A stretch of DNA of 64,000 nucleotides from Octopus sinensis (taxonomy: Eukaryota): NCBI RefSeq assembly GCF_006345805.1, contig NC_043010.1, forward strand, positions 44,392,001 through 44,456,000. Direction: 5' to 3'. A program made the translations under genes and the position numbers. Position 1 is the stretch's first letter. The number at the start of each line of letters is the position of its first letter. Below the pieces are notes generated by a model that did not search any database, had not been told where the DNA came from, and worked only from the letters and a program-made list of their open reading frames with translations. This document shows positions 50,263 through 63,490 of this stretch, piece by piece.

Positions 50263-50374
50263 GATTCTTTTCTCTAAATAACATAGAAGCCAATCCTAGT
50301 TTAACAGATACTGCCTTGTCGTGCTTATCATCATAAATACAATATACCAGTAATTACCTCACTGATTACCTCAT

Positions 50375-50800
50375 CGTAGTCATGGCTGATGTCAGTGTCA
50401 TGTAAAAAGCACCAATTACACTCTTCGAGTGGTTAGCATTAGGAAGGGCATCCAGCAGTAGAAACCATGCCAAATCAGATTGGAACCTGGTATAGCCCTA
50501 TAGCTTACCAGTTTCAGTCAAATCATCTAACCCATGCATGGGCAACCTGTGGTCTGCATGCGGCCTCTGAACAAGTTTCTAGGTTACTAATTTCATACTA
50601 AGGCAAATAAAATTAAGAAAAATTACAAAAAATTCAGTGTAAAGTGGGCAAGTAATATTTCATGCATATGTGTCTTATCATACAGCCCTCTTCCACTTAG
50701 AAATGGTACGATGCGACCCCTAGTTGACGAAAAGTTGCCCATCCCTGATCTAACCCATGCTAGCATGGAAAGCAGATGCTAAATGATGATGATGATGATG
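50375..50800 (+). mobile_element. RTE 3'-UTR-type element interrupted by a hAT MITE
   Basis: The UTR motifs on either side of 50533-50747 join cleanly (aaccc|atgctagcatgg...aaatgatgatg). Confidence 0.8.
50533..50747. mobile_element. hAT-type MITE (215 bp) with a perfect 8-bp TSD
   Basis: TIRs catgcatgggcaac and gttgcccatccctg (12 of 14 match); TSD atctaacc at 50525-50532 and 50748-50755. Confidence 0.88.
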
Positions 50801-51110
50801 AACACACAGAGCTGCTCACCATACAAGACAAACACCAACAAAATGCCTACATAGCGTGTGAGAATAATACATGTTCCCATAGGTTGTCAACTGATAAATA
50901 TCATATTTATTAACAAAGTGTAACAATTTGAGTCATAAGTTCATACTTACACTGAAATTTGTATATTATTGTATATTATATTTGTTCTGTGGTTTGCAGA
51001 GATAAGTTAATGTTAACATATTTAATACATGGAGCATTCTAAACCTAACAGATGAAATAAATATTAGTCAATGACTAAAACTTATATTTTCTAGTAAGTA
51101 CATGAGACAA

Positions 51111-51152
51111 TTCCAGACATGTTTCAGTCTTATTTTGAACTCTTCAGTGAAG
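51111..51152 (-). ncRNA. Minimal hammerhead-like motif (family 2) with intact core nucleotides
   Basis: Minus strand reads cttca CTGAAGA GTTC aaaataa GACT GAAAC ATGT C tggaa. The core and stem III are intact; stem II is weakened by two changes. Confidence 0.55.
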
Positions 51153-52600
51153 CATAGCTTACACCATACTTAGTGAAATAGTAATGGAAGAATCCATAAC
51201 TAAAAACCTGCAATGAAAAGCTCAAGTTTTTCAGGAGCAGATTTTGTGATATCACACAGCAATATATTAATAAATTAAAAGAGAAATTTAATATATTTTT
51301 ACATGCATGCACACATACACATGCACACAGAGACACGCAGATACACACACACACATAGAGAGGTAGGTTTGAATGAATGACGAAGTAGATGAATGATTTC
51401 ACAAGTGTTAACTTCACTTTTAAACCTGAGTTCAAATTAGTTGGAATTTGAACTCAAAATGAAACAAACTGCTGCAGATAATTTAATCTGCCATTGTACT
51501 ACAACTCAATGTTATCTTTTGAGAGCAGGATATCATAGTGTTTAAAATTTAAAGATGCTTGTTTTTAGACTTTTAGTTAGCCCTTGTTTCATACATTCTG
51601 AGTAATACAAAGCTTTCTTTTTGTACATCCAAAGCTATTCTGGTGGTTGAAAAAATTGGGAATATGATACATGGATGTCAAGGAAATATTTCTTGTTTAT
51701 CACATGTGATACACAGGACAAGCAAGGGTTAGAAAAAAATCACAATCTACAGTTTATAGGAATGAAAGTAAATATTTATTTTCAATGTAATTTCAAAATG
51801 TTCCTTCCTTAATAAACTAATTCAGGGAGTCATTTAATCTTGGAATTAATAGTTGTATTTTAAATGAAAAAAGAAAAAAAGAGAAATCATTCAGAATTAA
51901 TTTTTAATTCAATAATTATCAGTGAAAATTGCCTTACACCAACCACACATTCTCTTATAATCCTGCACATTCCAATTTGGTATTGTTGTCATTTTCTTGG
52001 TAATTGAAGTGTATGAGAAGATTAGTAAACAATATTGAAACAAACAACATATTATAATGTCTTTGATAGTCTGATATTTAAAAGAGGAAAGACATATTTC
52101 TAAAATTGCTTCGTTTTTTTTTAAGAGCAGGAATGCAAAGAATTTAGCCTAGTTCCATGAGTTGCTTTGTTTATATAAATATCTTTACCTTTTAATAATA
52201 GAGTTGAAATGCATCTTCTCACAGTTTTCTGTTGTCTTTATAAACATATTCCTTTGTCATATGACAATGAATTAATGCATGTCCAGAAAACTGTTGTTGC
52301 TACTGCTGTTGTCTATTGAATACATCAAAATGGGTAGACTGCAAAACTGCTGCTTGCTACCCCTTATCAAATACCAATTTCTTAGAACAATATTTTTGCT
52401 GCTAATATATTTTCTTGGCAAGCTAAATCAACAAAGTGGTCTCAGTTTTCAACCACTTACATCACTAATACTTTGGAGAAAGGTAAAATTTAACAACTTT
52501 CTATTTCTTTAAAAACTTAGGATTTCCTAACAATTGAACTTTATTTCTCACTGATTTTAAAAATCAATACATCTACTAATTCAAGCCACTTTAACTATAA

Positions 52601-52817
52601 TAAACCCCTTTGGTATCAGCTTGCCTGAGCCCACCCTTAGTTCTGTGATACAAACTTCCTTTTTTTTAAATGATCTAAGTTAAAATCTTCCATCAAGATT
52701 TCATGTTAATCTATGTTTCCAACACCAGCTTGATTATGACAAACCTATGTAACTGAAATCTTCATTATTTTCAAAATTAATTGAAACAAAAGCAGTGTAT
52801 TTCAGCAGAAAGGTTAA
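52601..52817 (+). mobile_element. TTAA-flanked MITE (piggyBac-type), decayed
   Basis: taaa|cccctttggtatc...agg|ttaa; the interior is shared with the 22.8-kb and 61.4-kb copies. Confidence 0.65.
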
Positions 52818-53038
52818 CCTAACGACATCTCAATTAATGGGAAAACTAAAAGACAAAAGCCTGATTTCTTCAGATTTCTAGTCACCAGGTTTTCAAGGAA
52901 TGTCTGCAGGTTTGTGGCATTTATTCTCACAAATCAAATATATTAGTTTTGACAGCACAACTAGATAAAATGATCAAGAGTTGAAGACATCTGAAAATGA
53001 ACCATATCTGTATCCACTTTCAGACTTTTTTCTTTGCT

Positions 53039-53267
53039 TTAACCCTTTTGTTACTAACCTGGCTGAAACCGACCCTAGCTCTGTAGTACAAATGTCTTGT
53101 TTTCATAAGTTTTGAATTAAAATCTTTCACCAAACCTTAGTCACAATTAATGTTCCTAACACTAACTTAATGATAACTAAGTTATTTTACTAAATTCTCT
53201 GTTATATTTAAAATAATTGAGAGAAAAACAGAGGATCTCAAAATAAATACAGTAATGAAAGGGTTAA
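53039..53267 (+). mobile_element. TTAA-flanked MITE (piggyBac-type); 221-bp element at 53043-53263
   Basis: ttaa|CCCTTT...AAAGGG|ttaa. Confidence 0.8.
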
Positions 53268-55234
53268 GACAGAAAAAGTCACTTATGAGGAAGTCACTGG
53301 GATACAAGTAAAATTGAATAGTCGACTTGAAGAATTATAAAAATTGCATTCTAAAATTTCAAAATTTGCTAAACGAATAAATAAAATAAATCAAAATTTT
53401 CAAATTAAATAGCTAATATCCTTCCATTTAAACAGAACAATTGTATCTGTTTTCTGTTCTCAATACTTATAAGTTTTGGCAAACTGTGACAAATTCCATT
53501 TTGCAGCATGAATGGTAACAGTCAATGGCTGTCCATACAAGCTTTGAAGCACAAACAGATAAGCCCACATGTATGCAAATAGACTGACTCACAAATAAAC
53601 ACACTTCAAAAATCATTCAAGTTGAAAGTATCAATACATACAAATTATTAATGTTTGGACAATTTCAACATACATTGGTATTCATGAATCACCTCTATAC
53701 TCATCACTGTGTGCAGTAGGGATAGTGTCTGTTAGTGATTGCATGTGAATCAGTGTGTGTATGCATGCTTGTATGCATGCATGCGTACATACATACATAC
53801 ATGTTATATATATAATATGCGATAGCATAACTGTTAACTAATGCTTAGAAATCCATGTAAATCCAGTATATCCAAATTTCACATATTAAGCATAATTTGT
53901 CCAAGTTTTTCTTATAGTATAATAACATTTGAATAATTTACAGAGTGTATATTTGAGAGTAGAATAAAACTGGATATTTAGTTAAACTCTTTATTATAGC
54001 ATCATAAATTATATTACCATGATTATGTAATTTATGATGTTATAATAAAAAGTTTAACTAAATCTCCTATTTTATTCTCCTCTAGAGATATGTCTTTGAT
54101 ATTATTTACAAAGATACATGTTTATTATGGACTTCCAGTAACATATGCACAATGATATACAATAACTTCTTTTATACTGTCCCAAGCCAGATTGAAGTGT
54201 TCATGACTGGACTACAATTTATGTGCATGTGCAAACACAAGTAACATCGCATTTGAATTTCTACTTTGCAAACGCTGCATGTTTCAATATTTATGCACTT
54301 TTGTTTGCTATATTTGTGTTCTATAAGCCATTCAAAAATTTGTATTGCCTTTTTTTTTTTTTTTTTTACATATTTATTATCTTTTAATAGTAAGTGCTTT
54401 CTTCCTGCTTCCTTACTACTACTAATATTTTGTTTTAAGCCTGTTTCAGTTGCTGACAACAAGTTGTGTTGAAACTTTTTGGGTAGTAGGATTCACTCTT
54501 ATTATTATAGTTTATGTTTCATTGTCTTTTTTTCAGTTGATACTCTTAATTTATCCATCATTGCTTTTTAATATTAATTGCATGTTCTATTAACAACTAC
54601 ATCAACATTTCATCTGCTTTAAATTTTACATTTTCAACTGTTGTATGCTTTGCTGTGTTTTACTAAAAATTAATATTTCATTGCTTTAACAACAGGAAAT
54701 GTACTTTTAGTATTTTTCTTTTCAAAGTAAGTAATACTAAGATTACATTGCTAATAAATACCTACATATTGGCATGCTTTGCTTCACTTTCATTTTATAT
54801 GTAACAATATTTGATTATATAATTGCATGTTATATATGAACAAACAATACACTGCTTTCATTCAGTTTGTATCAAAAGGATAACAATAATGTGAATGGGA
54901 TGAGCTTAATTTTTCACTACACATAAATGTAGATAGGATAATGGTATATGAATTGTTACACTTTAAATGCTCAAAACCTAAGCAAATATTCTATTCTAAT
55001 TTTAGAATGTATTAACAAGATCCTTACGTTAATACCAAGAACTTTTCAAATAATGTATGATTTCATCTTATTTATCTTAGTAGTAATCTAGAGAGAAATG
55101 TGAATATTGATGTTAGAGTATACAGCCAGATAGCCAAAAGGTAGACTTCTCAGGCTGCATTAAAAAATCTGAGACCACCGGCAAGTCAAGTTTATTACTA
55201 AACTGAACATGTGTCATTCAGCTGTTCTCATCTC

Positions 55235-55500
55235 ATTTCTGCATTGAAGAAGCATCTACGTGGTTGCTAGACCAACCAGACTAGTTAGCAAGAGAGCTGC
55301 TATGTGATAGCTCAACCTGCTACATATAGCAACCAAACCTCCTGCACATCACACTCTACTAACTTTTAAAAAACCTTAAAAAAAAAAGGACAAATCTGAA
55401 TGATAAAAAAAAAAAGATAATCATAATTGGAATGTCTATGATCATAGGTCTACTGGATTAGAGCTGATCTAGGACTGATTAGGACACATGCTAAACTGTA
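55235..55500 (+). repeat. Unclassified interspersed repeat (family G); related pieces at about 8.35-8.56, 36.1-36.34, 38.35-38.43 and 61.64-61.82 kb
   Basis: Recurrent motifs gttgctcaacctgcta.a.atagca.ccaaa and ggaatg.ctttgatcatagg/atctgc. Confidence 0.55.
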
Positions 55501-55919
55501 TAAACACTCTCCAACAGCTTGTCTCCACACAATATATAATCTTCATCAGAATTAATATACAGAGAAGCATCACCTTGCATCACTATTTTTAATTAGATGA
55601 GTAAGACAAATTGTTTGTAGGCCTCATAGACATCTACCAATATAATGATTGTAAGGAAAATATATACTTAGAAAAGTAGAAAACTTAGGAAGAGCACTTG
55701 CTGAGGAGAATTTTTCATAGCAACCTTAACTTAGAGCTGCTGATGAACAAAAGTGCATGAAAGCACAATAGAAGTGAGCTGCCTGCAGGGAAGGGGCCCA
55801 ACAGAAGCTTAACTTTTATCAATATGAGAATATATTACAGGAAGAAAGTTTCTTACATAGATTGGTAATAGTTATCATCATTGGTTATTCTCTTTAATAC
55901 AACTGCATCACTCCCTCAG

Positions 55920-56145
55920 TTAACCCTTTCATTACTATATTTCTGCTCAAATTTACTCCCTCTGCGTCAATTAATTTTAAAATTAAGAATTTAGTAAAAT
56001 AATTTTATCATTATTAAGATGGTGCTTAGAACTTAAATTAGCATGAAATTTTCATGGAAGATTTTAATTCAGATCACTTTATAACAAGGTATCTGTGTCC
56101 TAGAACCTGGGGTAGTCTTAGGCAGGTTAATAACAAAAGGGTTAA
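55920..56145 (-). mobile_element. TTAA-flanked MITE (piggyBac-type); 218-bp element, inverted relative to the 53.0-kb copy
   Basis: ttaa|CCCTTT...AAAAGGG|ttaa. Confidence 0.8.
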
Positions 56146-56214
56146 GTAGGGAAGTGAGCTTGCCCTCCACTTACATTCAGGCATGAAATAATGCATATTA
56201 TAAGTAATAGAGGG

Positions 56215-56430
56215 AAGGTAGTCAGAACCATTAGGGTATCAAATAAAATGTCAAGTGGCATTTCTTTGGTTCTTTATGGTCTGAATTTTTATCCCACCAA
56301 GGTTAACTTTGCCTGTTATCCTTCCAGAGTTGATAAAATAAAGTACCAGTCAAGTACTGGGTTGATGTAATCAACTTGCTCCCTCTCTTCAAAACTACTG
56401 GCTGCTTTGTATCAAAGTTAAAAAGAATTA
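56215..56430 (+). mobile_element. SINE family C
   Basis: aggtagtcagaaccattaggg...gttgataaaataagtaccagt...ctggctgctttgtatcaaagtt. Confidence 0.7.
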
Positions 56431-56500
56431 TAGGTAGCAAAGATGATGATGATGATGATGATGATAATTATGAAAAATAATAAATTTTATGTGAGTGCAA

Positions 56501-56534
<34 letters not shown>

Positions 56535-59500
56535 CATCAACTGGTAAGGCTACAGGCTGCACCTAGCTCTATTGTCAGTTCTGGCATGGTTTCTATGGCT
56601 GGATGCCCTTCCTAACACCAACCACTCCACAGAGTGTACTGGGTACTTTTTATGTCGGACTAGCATTGATATCAATTCTGCTGTAACAGACAGGTCTTTT
56701 TGAGTACAGCATGGCAATAGATTATATATATATATACATATATAATTAGAATTCTAGGCAATTTTAAATGAAACAAAACTATATGGTTATAAGTTGTTGT
56801 TAACTCCAAATCCACCCTTATCAGGTAAACTCAAGACATTCATTCATGACAATAGAGTATGACCTGAAAAAGATTTGGTGTTTGTGTAGACTCCTTCATT
56901 GGTCTAATTACACAGTAAGTTGTGGATATTGTTTAGGCCCTAGTCAGTCCCATTTAAGCAGAATTATATTCAGAGACATTCCATCTTTTGGGTATATATC
57001 AGACTACATAGATCAATGTACCTGTATTTTCTGAGATAGCAGGGTGTGATTTAAGGGAATAAGGTTTCTACCAGGTAAAACCACCAAACCATCCTGGGCC
57101 TCCCTGGCTGGCTCATGCAATTACAGGATCAGTTAGTGTGTAGATAAATATTTAACTGATGCACAATTTATAAATGATATTAAAACTTATCAATAAAACA
57201 AGTTTCTAAGGATACTTTCAATGTCTTGTTATGTGGATAAAATATGTATCTCAATGAAATGAAAGACCCAGAAAAAATATAAAGAAAAGAAATTCCTGTC
57301 TTATAGCAGTAAATATATTATAATTAAACAGTTACTTAGACAACAAAGAAAGTGATGTTCATAACAACTCCATTTTCTTGTTTAGGTTTGGTGTGGTGCC
57401 AGATAATACAAGGTTGCTTTGTAATCAAAGGTCACAGTATTTTTGTTTCATTCCTAAATGCTGGATATTTTTCCAGCATTGCTCATTTATTATTTTATTA
57501 TTCCTCCACCTTTTCATCTCCAAATGTATTTGGATAGTGTTGTGGTGTTTTCTAAGTGATGGTGACAGAATGAATTGTTGTATTGGTGTAGATGACAAAA
57601 GAATGTGTGATATCTCAGTCCTATGTAGCTAGTCAAGATGTTTCAGGACACTTTTGCACAATACACAAACCGCTTTGTTCCCAGTGGGCAGAATTCTGCA
57701 TTTATGCACTTATCTATAACATGAGCATCTAAACTGGAGTGGCAAGACATTCTTTCTCTCACATTTATTAACAAAATGACTGTTATGGGCACAATTTCCC
57801 CCAAATGTTCAATAAACCAATAGAGGAATTACTTCGTAACAATCTAAAACCTGCAAATAGTAGTCAAATCTCTCACAACCATCTAAAAACAAACAGTACA
57901 ATTTACAAAGAACCCAGTATAGAGTGCCTTTAATCACATAATTACTTGATCAGGTCTCACATAAAGCTGAAGAATTACATGACATCTGTTCAATAACAAC
58001 AACGTTAACAATAACAATGTTAGTGTGAGAATGAAATGTTGACAATATGAAAGTATAGATTAATTATCAGACAGTTTGCAACTAATATACACTGAATCAC
58101 ATTGGCATACATTCATGGAGAGAAGCTTATGAACAAACTTTGTTTAAAATGCCAGGCTTAATCTGACAAAGTATTTTGAAATTTTCACATTTTGTACAAA
58201 TCTGATTAAGGCCTTTCCCACCTAACTCATATCAGTTTCCATGGAAATTGATATCCTATCCAAAATTTAAACCTAAACCAATTTCTCTTGGTTGAGTCAC
58301 AAACATTACTTTACACATGACTCACTTAGTTTTCTTTATACCAACTAAAACAGATGGATTGACAGAGAAGGTAAAAGATTAGCATCCATTATAATAATAA
58401 TTGTAAAATATGTAGCGTAGGAATCTAGCCATATATATTTCTTCTCTCCTCTAACTTATTCTGTTTTTAACCAGGCTAGAATTTAATCTTAATTAATAAG
58501 CTATTTAATGCCCGTTACCTCACCTACTGAACTGTATACCCTCCTGAGAACTTACCTAGTACCTGAGAACTTAGGTCCAGACACTAATTAGCCTATCATG
58601 ACAAGTGCCCTTGGAAGGTGAGCATCTTTCTCTAGATACCTCATACACACTATCACATTTCCAGCTACCTCAAACTGTCACTATAAAGTTCTTCCCTCTA
58701 CCGTTTATAATGGGGACAATTTCTTATACTCAGCAGGTTTAGACTGATAGCTCACATGGTAGTTAAAGCCATTTTGGACATCATAGATATGTGTTTTTAC
58801 AGAGGTGGTATAAGAGACCAAATAAACCCAAGAGTATATAGAACAGATTCGGCTTTAATTGTGTGGAGGGTACAGGGACTATACAAACTGAAGTGAAGTC
58901 AATCTGTTTGAAAAGCAGGAATTCTGGATAAAAACTGATACTGAGTAGAGAGGACACTGATCAAAATGTGCCAATGTAAGATTTTATATTAGCTATAACT
59001 AAACCTCTCCTCTACTACATCATGGAGGCAGGCATTTTTCACAATGGCATTAGCCAATGTGAAGGTGATCCATTTCTAGAGTTGAAGATGAGCACAACAA
59101 ACAAACTTAGTATAGAAATAGGCCTCTAATCATGTGAAGTAAATGTAAACTCCATGAGTCACAATAAAAACAACCTATCAAGGAGAGCAATAACTGAATA
59201 AAAAATAAATAAAGAGTAGAGGGAACTCTTTAGTCACATCATAGACTATTTCTTTAGTGCTAGGGAACAAGAAAGTTTACCCAGTCTATGTTGTAAAGTA
59301 ATCGACAATAAGATTATTCAGGTGTAAAATTCATGTAAAAAAACAGACAACAAAGATTGACACTTTTCTGTTTTGCTGCATATGTCTGATGACAAAGGAC
59401 AGTGACAAATTGTAGCATGCTGTGAAATCTGTCTAATTCATGCTAGCGTGGAAAGCAAATATAGAATTAAACAAATCTACTTGGGTTGATTTGTTTGAAG

Positions 59501-60116
59501 AATGTATATTCAAATAGTACAACTATTATATAGAATTCTTCAGAATTTATATTTCAAATTCTCTGTTCTGTTTATATGAAAAGAAATGAGAGTGAGGAAG
59601 AAACAAAACTCTCCCAAAATATGAAAATAGGTCTATAAAGAAGCAAGAAGAAAAAGTGGTGGGGGTAGATGAAAAGGATGGTAACAGATAGAACAGAATG
59701 AAATAAAAAGAAGTATTAGAAGAGAGATCCAGAAACATAAACAGACAGTGAAAAGAAATCCAGATGTAGAAACCGAGACATGATGAGAAGAGAGATACAG
59801 AATGAAAATTATTGAGAGAACAGCCGGATACACAGATGGAAAGATAGTTGGCTATATTCTCCTAGCATTGCAGTCAAAAGCTACTTGATAGTACTTTTTA
59901 GTAAGAGCATTTACTAATGAGGTGTGTAAAACTTCAGAGAGGAATTTTGGATTATCCAAAATATCCTTGGTCATTTCAAAACATTAGAACCCTAATTATA
60001 AAACTAAGAAAATAAAAGGCAAGAGCTTAATAATATATCAGTTAACTATAAAATTGAATAAAACTTAGTGAGACTTGTGATTTTAGTCAGGGAACAATAG
60101 CATGGAGCTGATGGGA

Positions 60117-60333
60117 TTAACACTTTAAGCATTTAAATCAGCCATATCTGGCCCAAATATTCTACTTGTTCAAACTGACCAAATCTGGCCTCTCACAGAC
60201 CAACAATGTCATTCTCAAAATAAACAATCACATTGAAATTTCAGAACTATGATATAATGCATGATTAATTCAAAACAATGTGAATAAATAAGCATTACAT
60301 TTGACAAAGTAATCTGAATGCTAATGGGATTAA
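60117..60333. mobile_element. TTAA-flanked MITE, second family, decayed
   Basis: ttaa|cactttaagcatt...aatgctaatggga|ttaa, approximately ttaaccctttagcatt/aatgctaaagggttaa. Confidence 0.55.
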
Positions 60334-61367
60334 ACAACTGAGTCAGCTAATTTTTTTAAAGAAAATCATTTAAAACAACATTGCAGGCCGTGACTCTAAC
60401 AAAAGTGGACAGTCTTGTTTTTCTTTCATTTTTTCTATGTTTTGTTTAGCTACCTATAATAATGGTTGAAGAGACATTGGGTTTGCGTTAGCCTGTCTCT
60501 GTCCAGAGAAAATATATAAAATATGATGTATTTATTAAGTGCCACATAGAATATATACACTGAAGAGAAAAAATATGCAACTAAAAAGATTCACAGTAAT
60601 TTCACAGATAATATGCTACCCCCTAATTTCCTGTGACATATTGAGGCACTAAAGTAAACTTACCTATAGTAAGAGCTAGATATAAAATGAAGTGGGGAAG
60701 TTCCTAGTGACCTGAACCAGTTTTGAAAAGATATAAACATGATTCATATTTCCTCTCTCCTATAATTTTTTGATTTCATGTCTATCCAAAGAAAGTAATA
60801 TGAAACAACTCAGACAGTTTGCATTCCGTTGTAAACTACCTGAGATAGTATGATAGAACAATAATAAAGAACATGTACACTCAAGAAAGAAGAAAAGTAC
60901 AACTAAGAAGAAACACTATAGTTTCAAGGTTAATAATGTTATCCTCTCATTTTACAGATTAAGGTACTGAAGTTAATTCTCTGGAACTTCAATACTAACC
61001 AATTATAGAAGTTGAAGCTAAACATCAGCTGCATTGAAGTCTAGAAGGAACCTGCAAAGGCTTTGTGTACTGTCCCAGTACTCCATTTGAGCCCCATGCA
61101 GCAATATACCAATCCAGTACAGGGTTCAATTCTTCTCTCTTTCTTTTGAGAAGAAATTGGCTATGATCAGACCTGGAAAGGGATGGGCTCCACTGAGTTT
61201 AAATGCCAAAGACATGTCATGATAGTGCCCCTACAACTCCATAAGGAGACAAGGGCCCAAAGTAAGGCAAGGCACTGTGATGTAGAAGAAAGCTGCAATT
61301 GATGAGAATGTTATAACTTTCACAGTTACACTGAAATTTGCTCTGGAGTTTAAGTATTCTGTATTCG

Positions 61368-61576
61368 TTAATCCTTTTGTTAGCATATTTCTACTGAAAG
61401 ACCCTGCTTTTGTTGTACTTACTTTTAGAAATAATGAAAAATGTAGTAATATGGTGTTTGGGACATAAATTAATGTGAAAATTTGATGAAAGGTTTCAAT
61501 TCAGATCAGTTTAAATAGGGAGTCTGTATCATAGAACCAGGGGTGGCCTTAGGCAGTTCGGTATCAAAAGGGTTAA
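61368..61576 (-). mobile_element. TTAA-flanked MITE (piggyBac-type)
   Basis: ttaa|tccttttgtta...tatcaaaaGGG|ttaa; reverse complement matches the 52.6-kb copy. Confidence 0.75.
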
Positions 61577-62191
61577 TTTTTGAAAACTGGAAGAGACTCT
61601 AATATACTACAATGTCAGTAAATAACACAGACAGAAACACAAACTAATGAGGGAGCCTCTATATAGTTGCTCAACCAGCTCCTTCAAATAAAACCTTACC
61701 ACATTAAAAAAAAAAGAAAAAGCAGGCACATTGAACAATGTAGCCCAAGATAGTCATAGCTGGAATGCTTTGATCATAGATCTGCTCAATCAGGACTGAC
61801 CTGATGTTAAACAATGACATTAAATTTTAAAATAAAACCAGTAAAATACAGGAGAATAACAGATAGATTATACTACAACATTAAATAAACTATAGAATAT
61901 TAAACGTCAATTAGATTATACAATATTAACCAATTAAACTCTACATACCAATCAATTGCTTTTATCTTCTAACTTTTAATACAAAGAACTGAATATCACT
62001 AAGTAAAACATTATATTCCAGTGGCAAAGTCTCATTACTATATTTCTTTAGTACTCATCTATGATAGGTTAAGAACCCAAAACAGCACCAACTTTCATTC
62101 AGTGGCTGGAAACTCAGAATCAGGTGAAGCAGCAGTAGCAGCATCCCAACATCTTGGGAGCAATTTACTTGTATTTTCTTGTATAAACATA

Positions 62192-62591
62192 GGCGCAGGA
62201 GTGGCTGTGTGGTAAGTAGCTTATTTACCAACCACATGGTTCCGGGTTCAGTCCCACTGCGTGGCGCCTTGGGCAAGTGTCTTCTACTATAGCCTCGGGC
62301 CGACCAAAGCCTTGTGAGTGGATTTGATAGACGGAAACTGAAAGAAGCCCGTCGTATATATGTATATATATATGTGTGCGTGTATGTTTGTGTTTGTCCC
62401 CCTAGCATTGCTTGACAACCGATGCTGGTGTGTTTATGTTCCCATCACTTAGCGGTTCGGCAAAAGAGGCTGATAGAATAAGTACTGGGCTTACAAAGAA
62501 TAAGTCCCGGGGTCGAGTTGCTCAATTAAAGGCGGTGCTCCAGCATGGCCGCAGTCAAATGACTGAAACAAGTAAAAGAGAGTAAAAGAGA
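62192..62591 (+). mobile_element. SINE family A, full length and young
   Basis: A-box-like tggctgtgtggt, B-box gggttcagtccc, CpG-rich body and (gtaaaagag)n tail. Confidence 0.92.
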
Positions 62592-63271
62592 GATATATAC
62601 ATACATATACTTATAGATACACATGCAAACACTCATATACACACTCATACGTATGCATTCAAATGTGTATTTGTGTTTCTTACAATGTGATGTAATGCAT
62701 TCAGTGCATAGTTAATGGGGTAGTTGTATTGTTACTTTTCACCAGCTTGTAACCTCTTGCTTACAGATCACTGTTGTTAGTTAACTGTTGTGAGATGAAC
62801 TGAGAATTGGCCAAATGTGCAAGTCTCTGCAGGCCAAGAAATTCAGATGTCTGCAGAGAAGCATGACATGCACAATTTCTATGATGTAATAAATGTTTCT
62901 CTAAGGGCCCAGGAATAGTTCCACTGTATGAGTCAAGTCATCAAATAACACTTCCCCACTGAAGTATCAATCAGCAAATAGGTCAGAGCAAAGAACATTT
63001 CAATCAACTCCTAAAACAGTAAATCCATTTTTCATGGAAAAATTTTGTAAAATGTGCACAATCCATTCCCATGACAAGCAAACAATCTTTATTAAAATTT
63101 GTGCTGCAATCAAAATAGTGATAAATCTCCTGGACTTGAGAATATTCCAGTAGAGATTTTGAAGGAAGTTGATTTCTTCAACATTAAACTGTTTTGTTAT
63201 TCATCTCTGAAACATGTAGCCAGGAAAATATATGTCAAAACTGGAAAGATGCCAATATCATCACCATCTAA

Positions 63272-63490
63272 AAGCAGCAAGCTGGTAAAATCATTAGCAT
63301 AGAGGGCAAAATGCTTAGCAGCATTTCATTCTACTTTATGTTCTTAGTTCAAATTCTGCCAAGGCTGATTTTTGCTTTTCATCCTCTTGGGGTTGATAAA
63401 ATAAGTACCAGTTGAGTACTGGGGTTGCTGTCATCAACTTATCCCACACCCAAAATTGCTGGGCTTCTGCCAAAATTTGAAGCCAATATT
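63272..63490 (+). mobile_element. SINE family C
   Basis: gcaagctggtaaaatcattagc...agttcaaattctgcc...gggcttctgccaaaatttgaa. Confidence 0.75.

Noticed and set aside
58330-58380. PTKTDGLTEK resembling the LTR integrase HPQTDGLVER motif
   Set aside because: A single short motif with no supporting flanking similarity.
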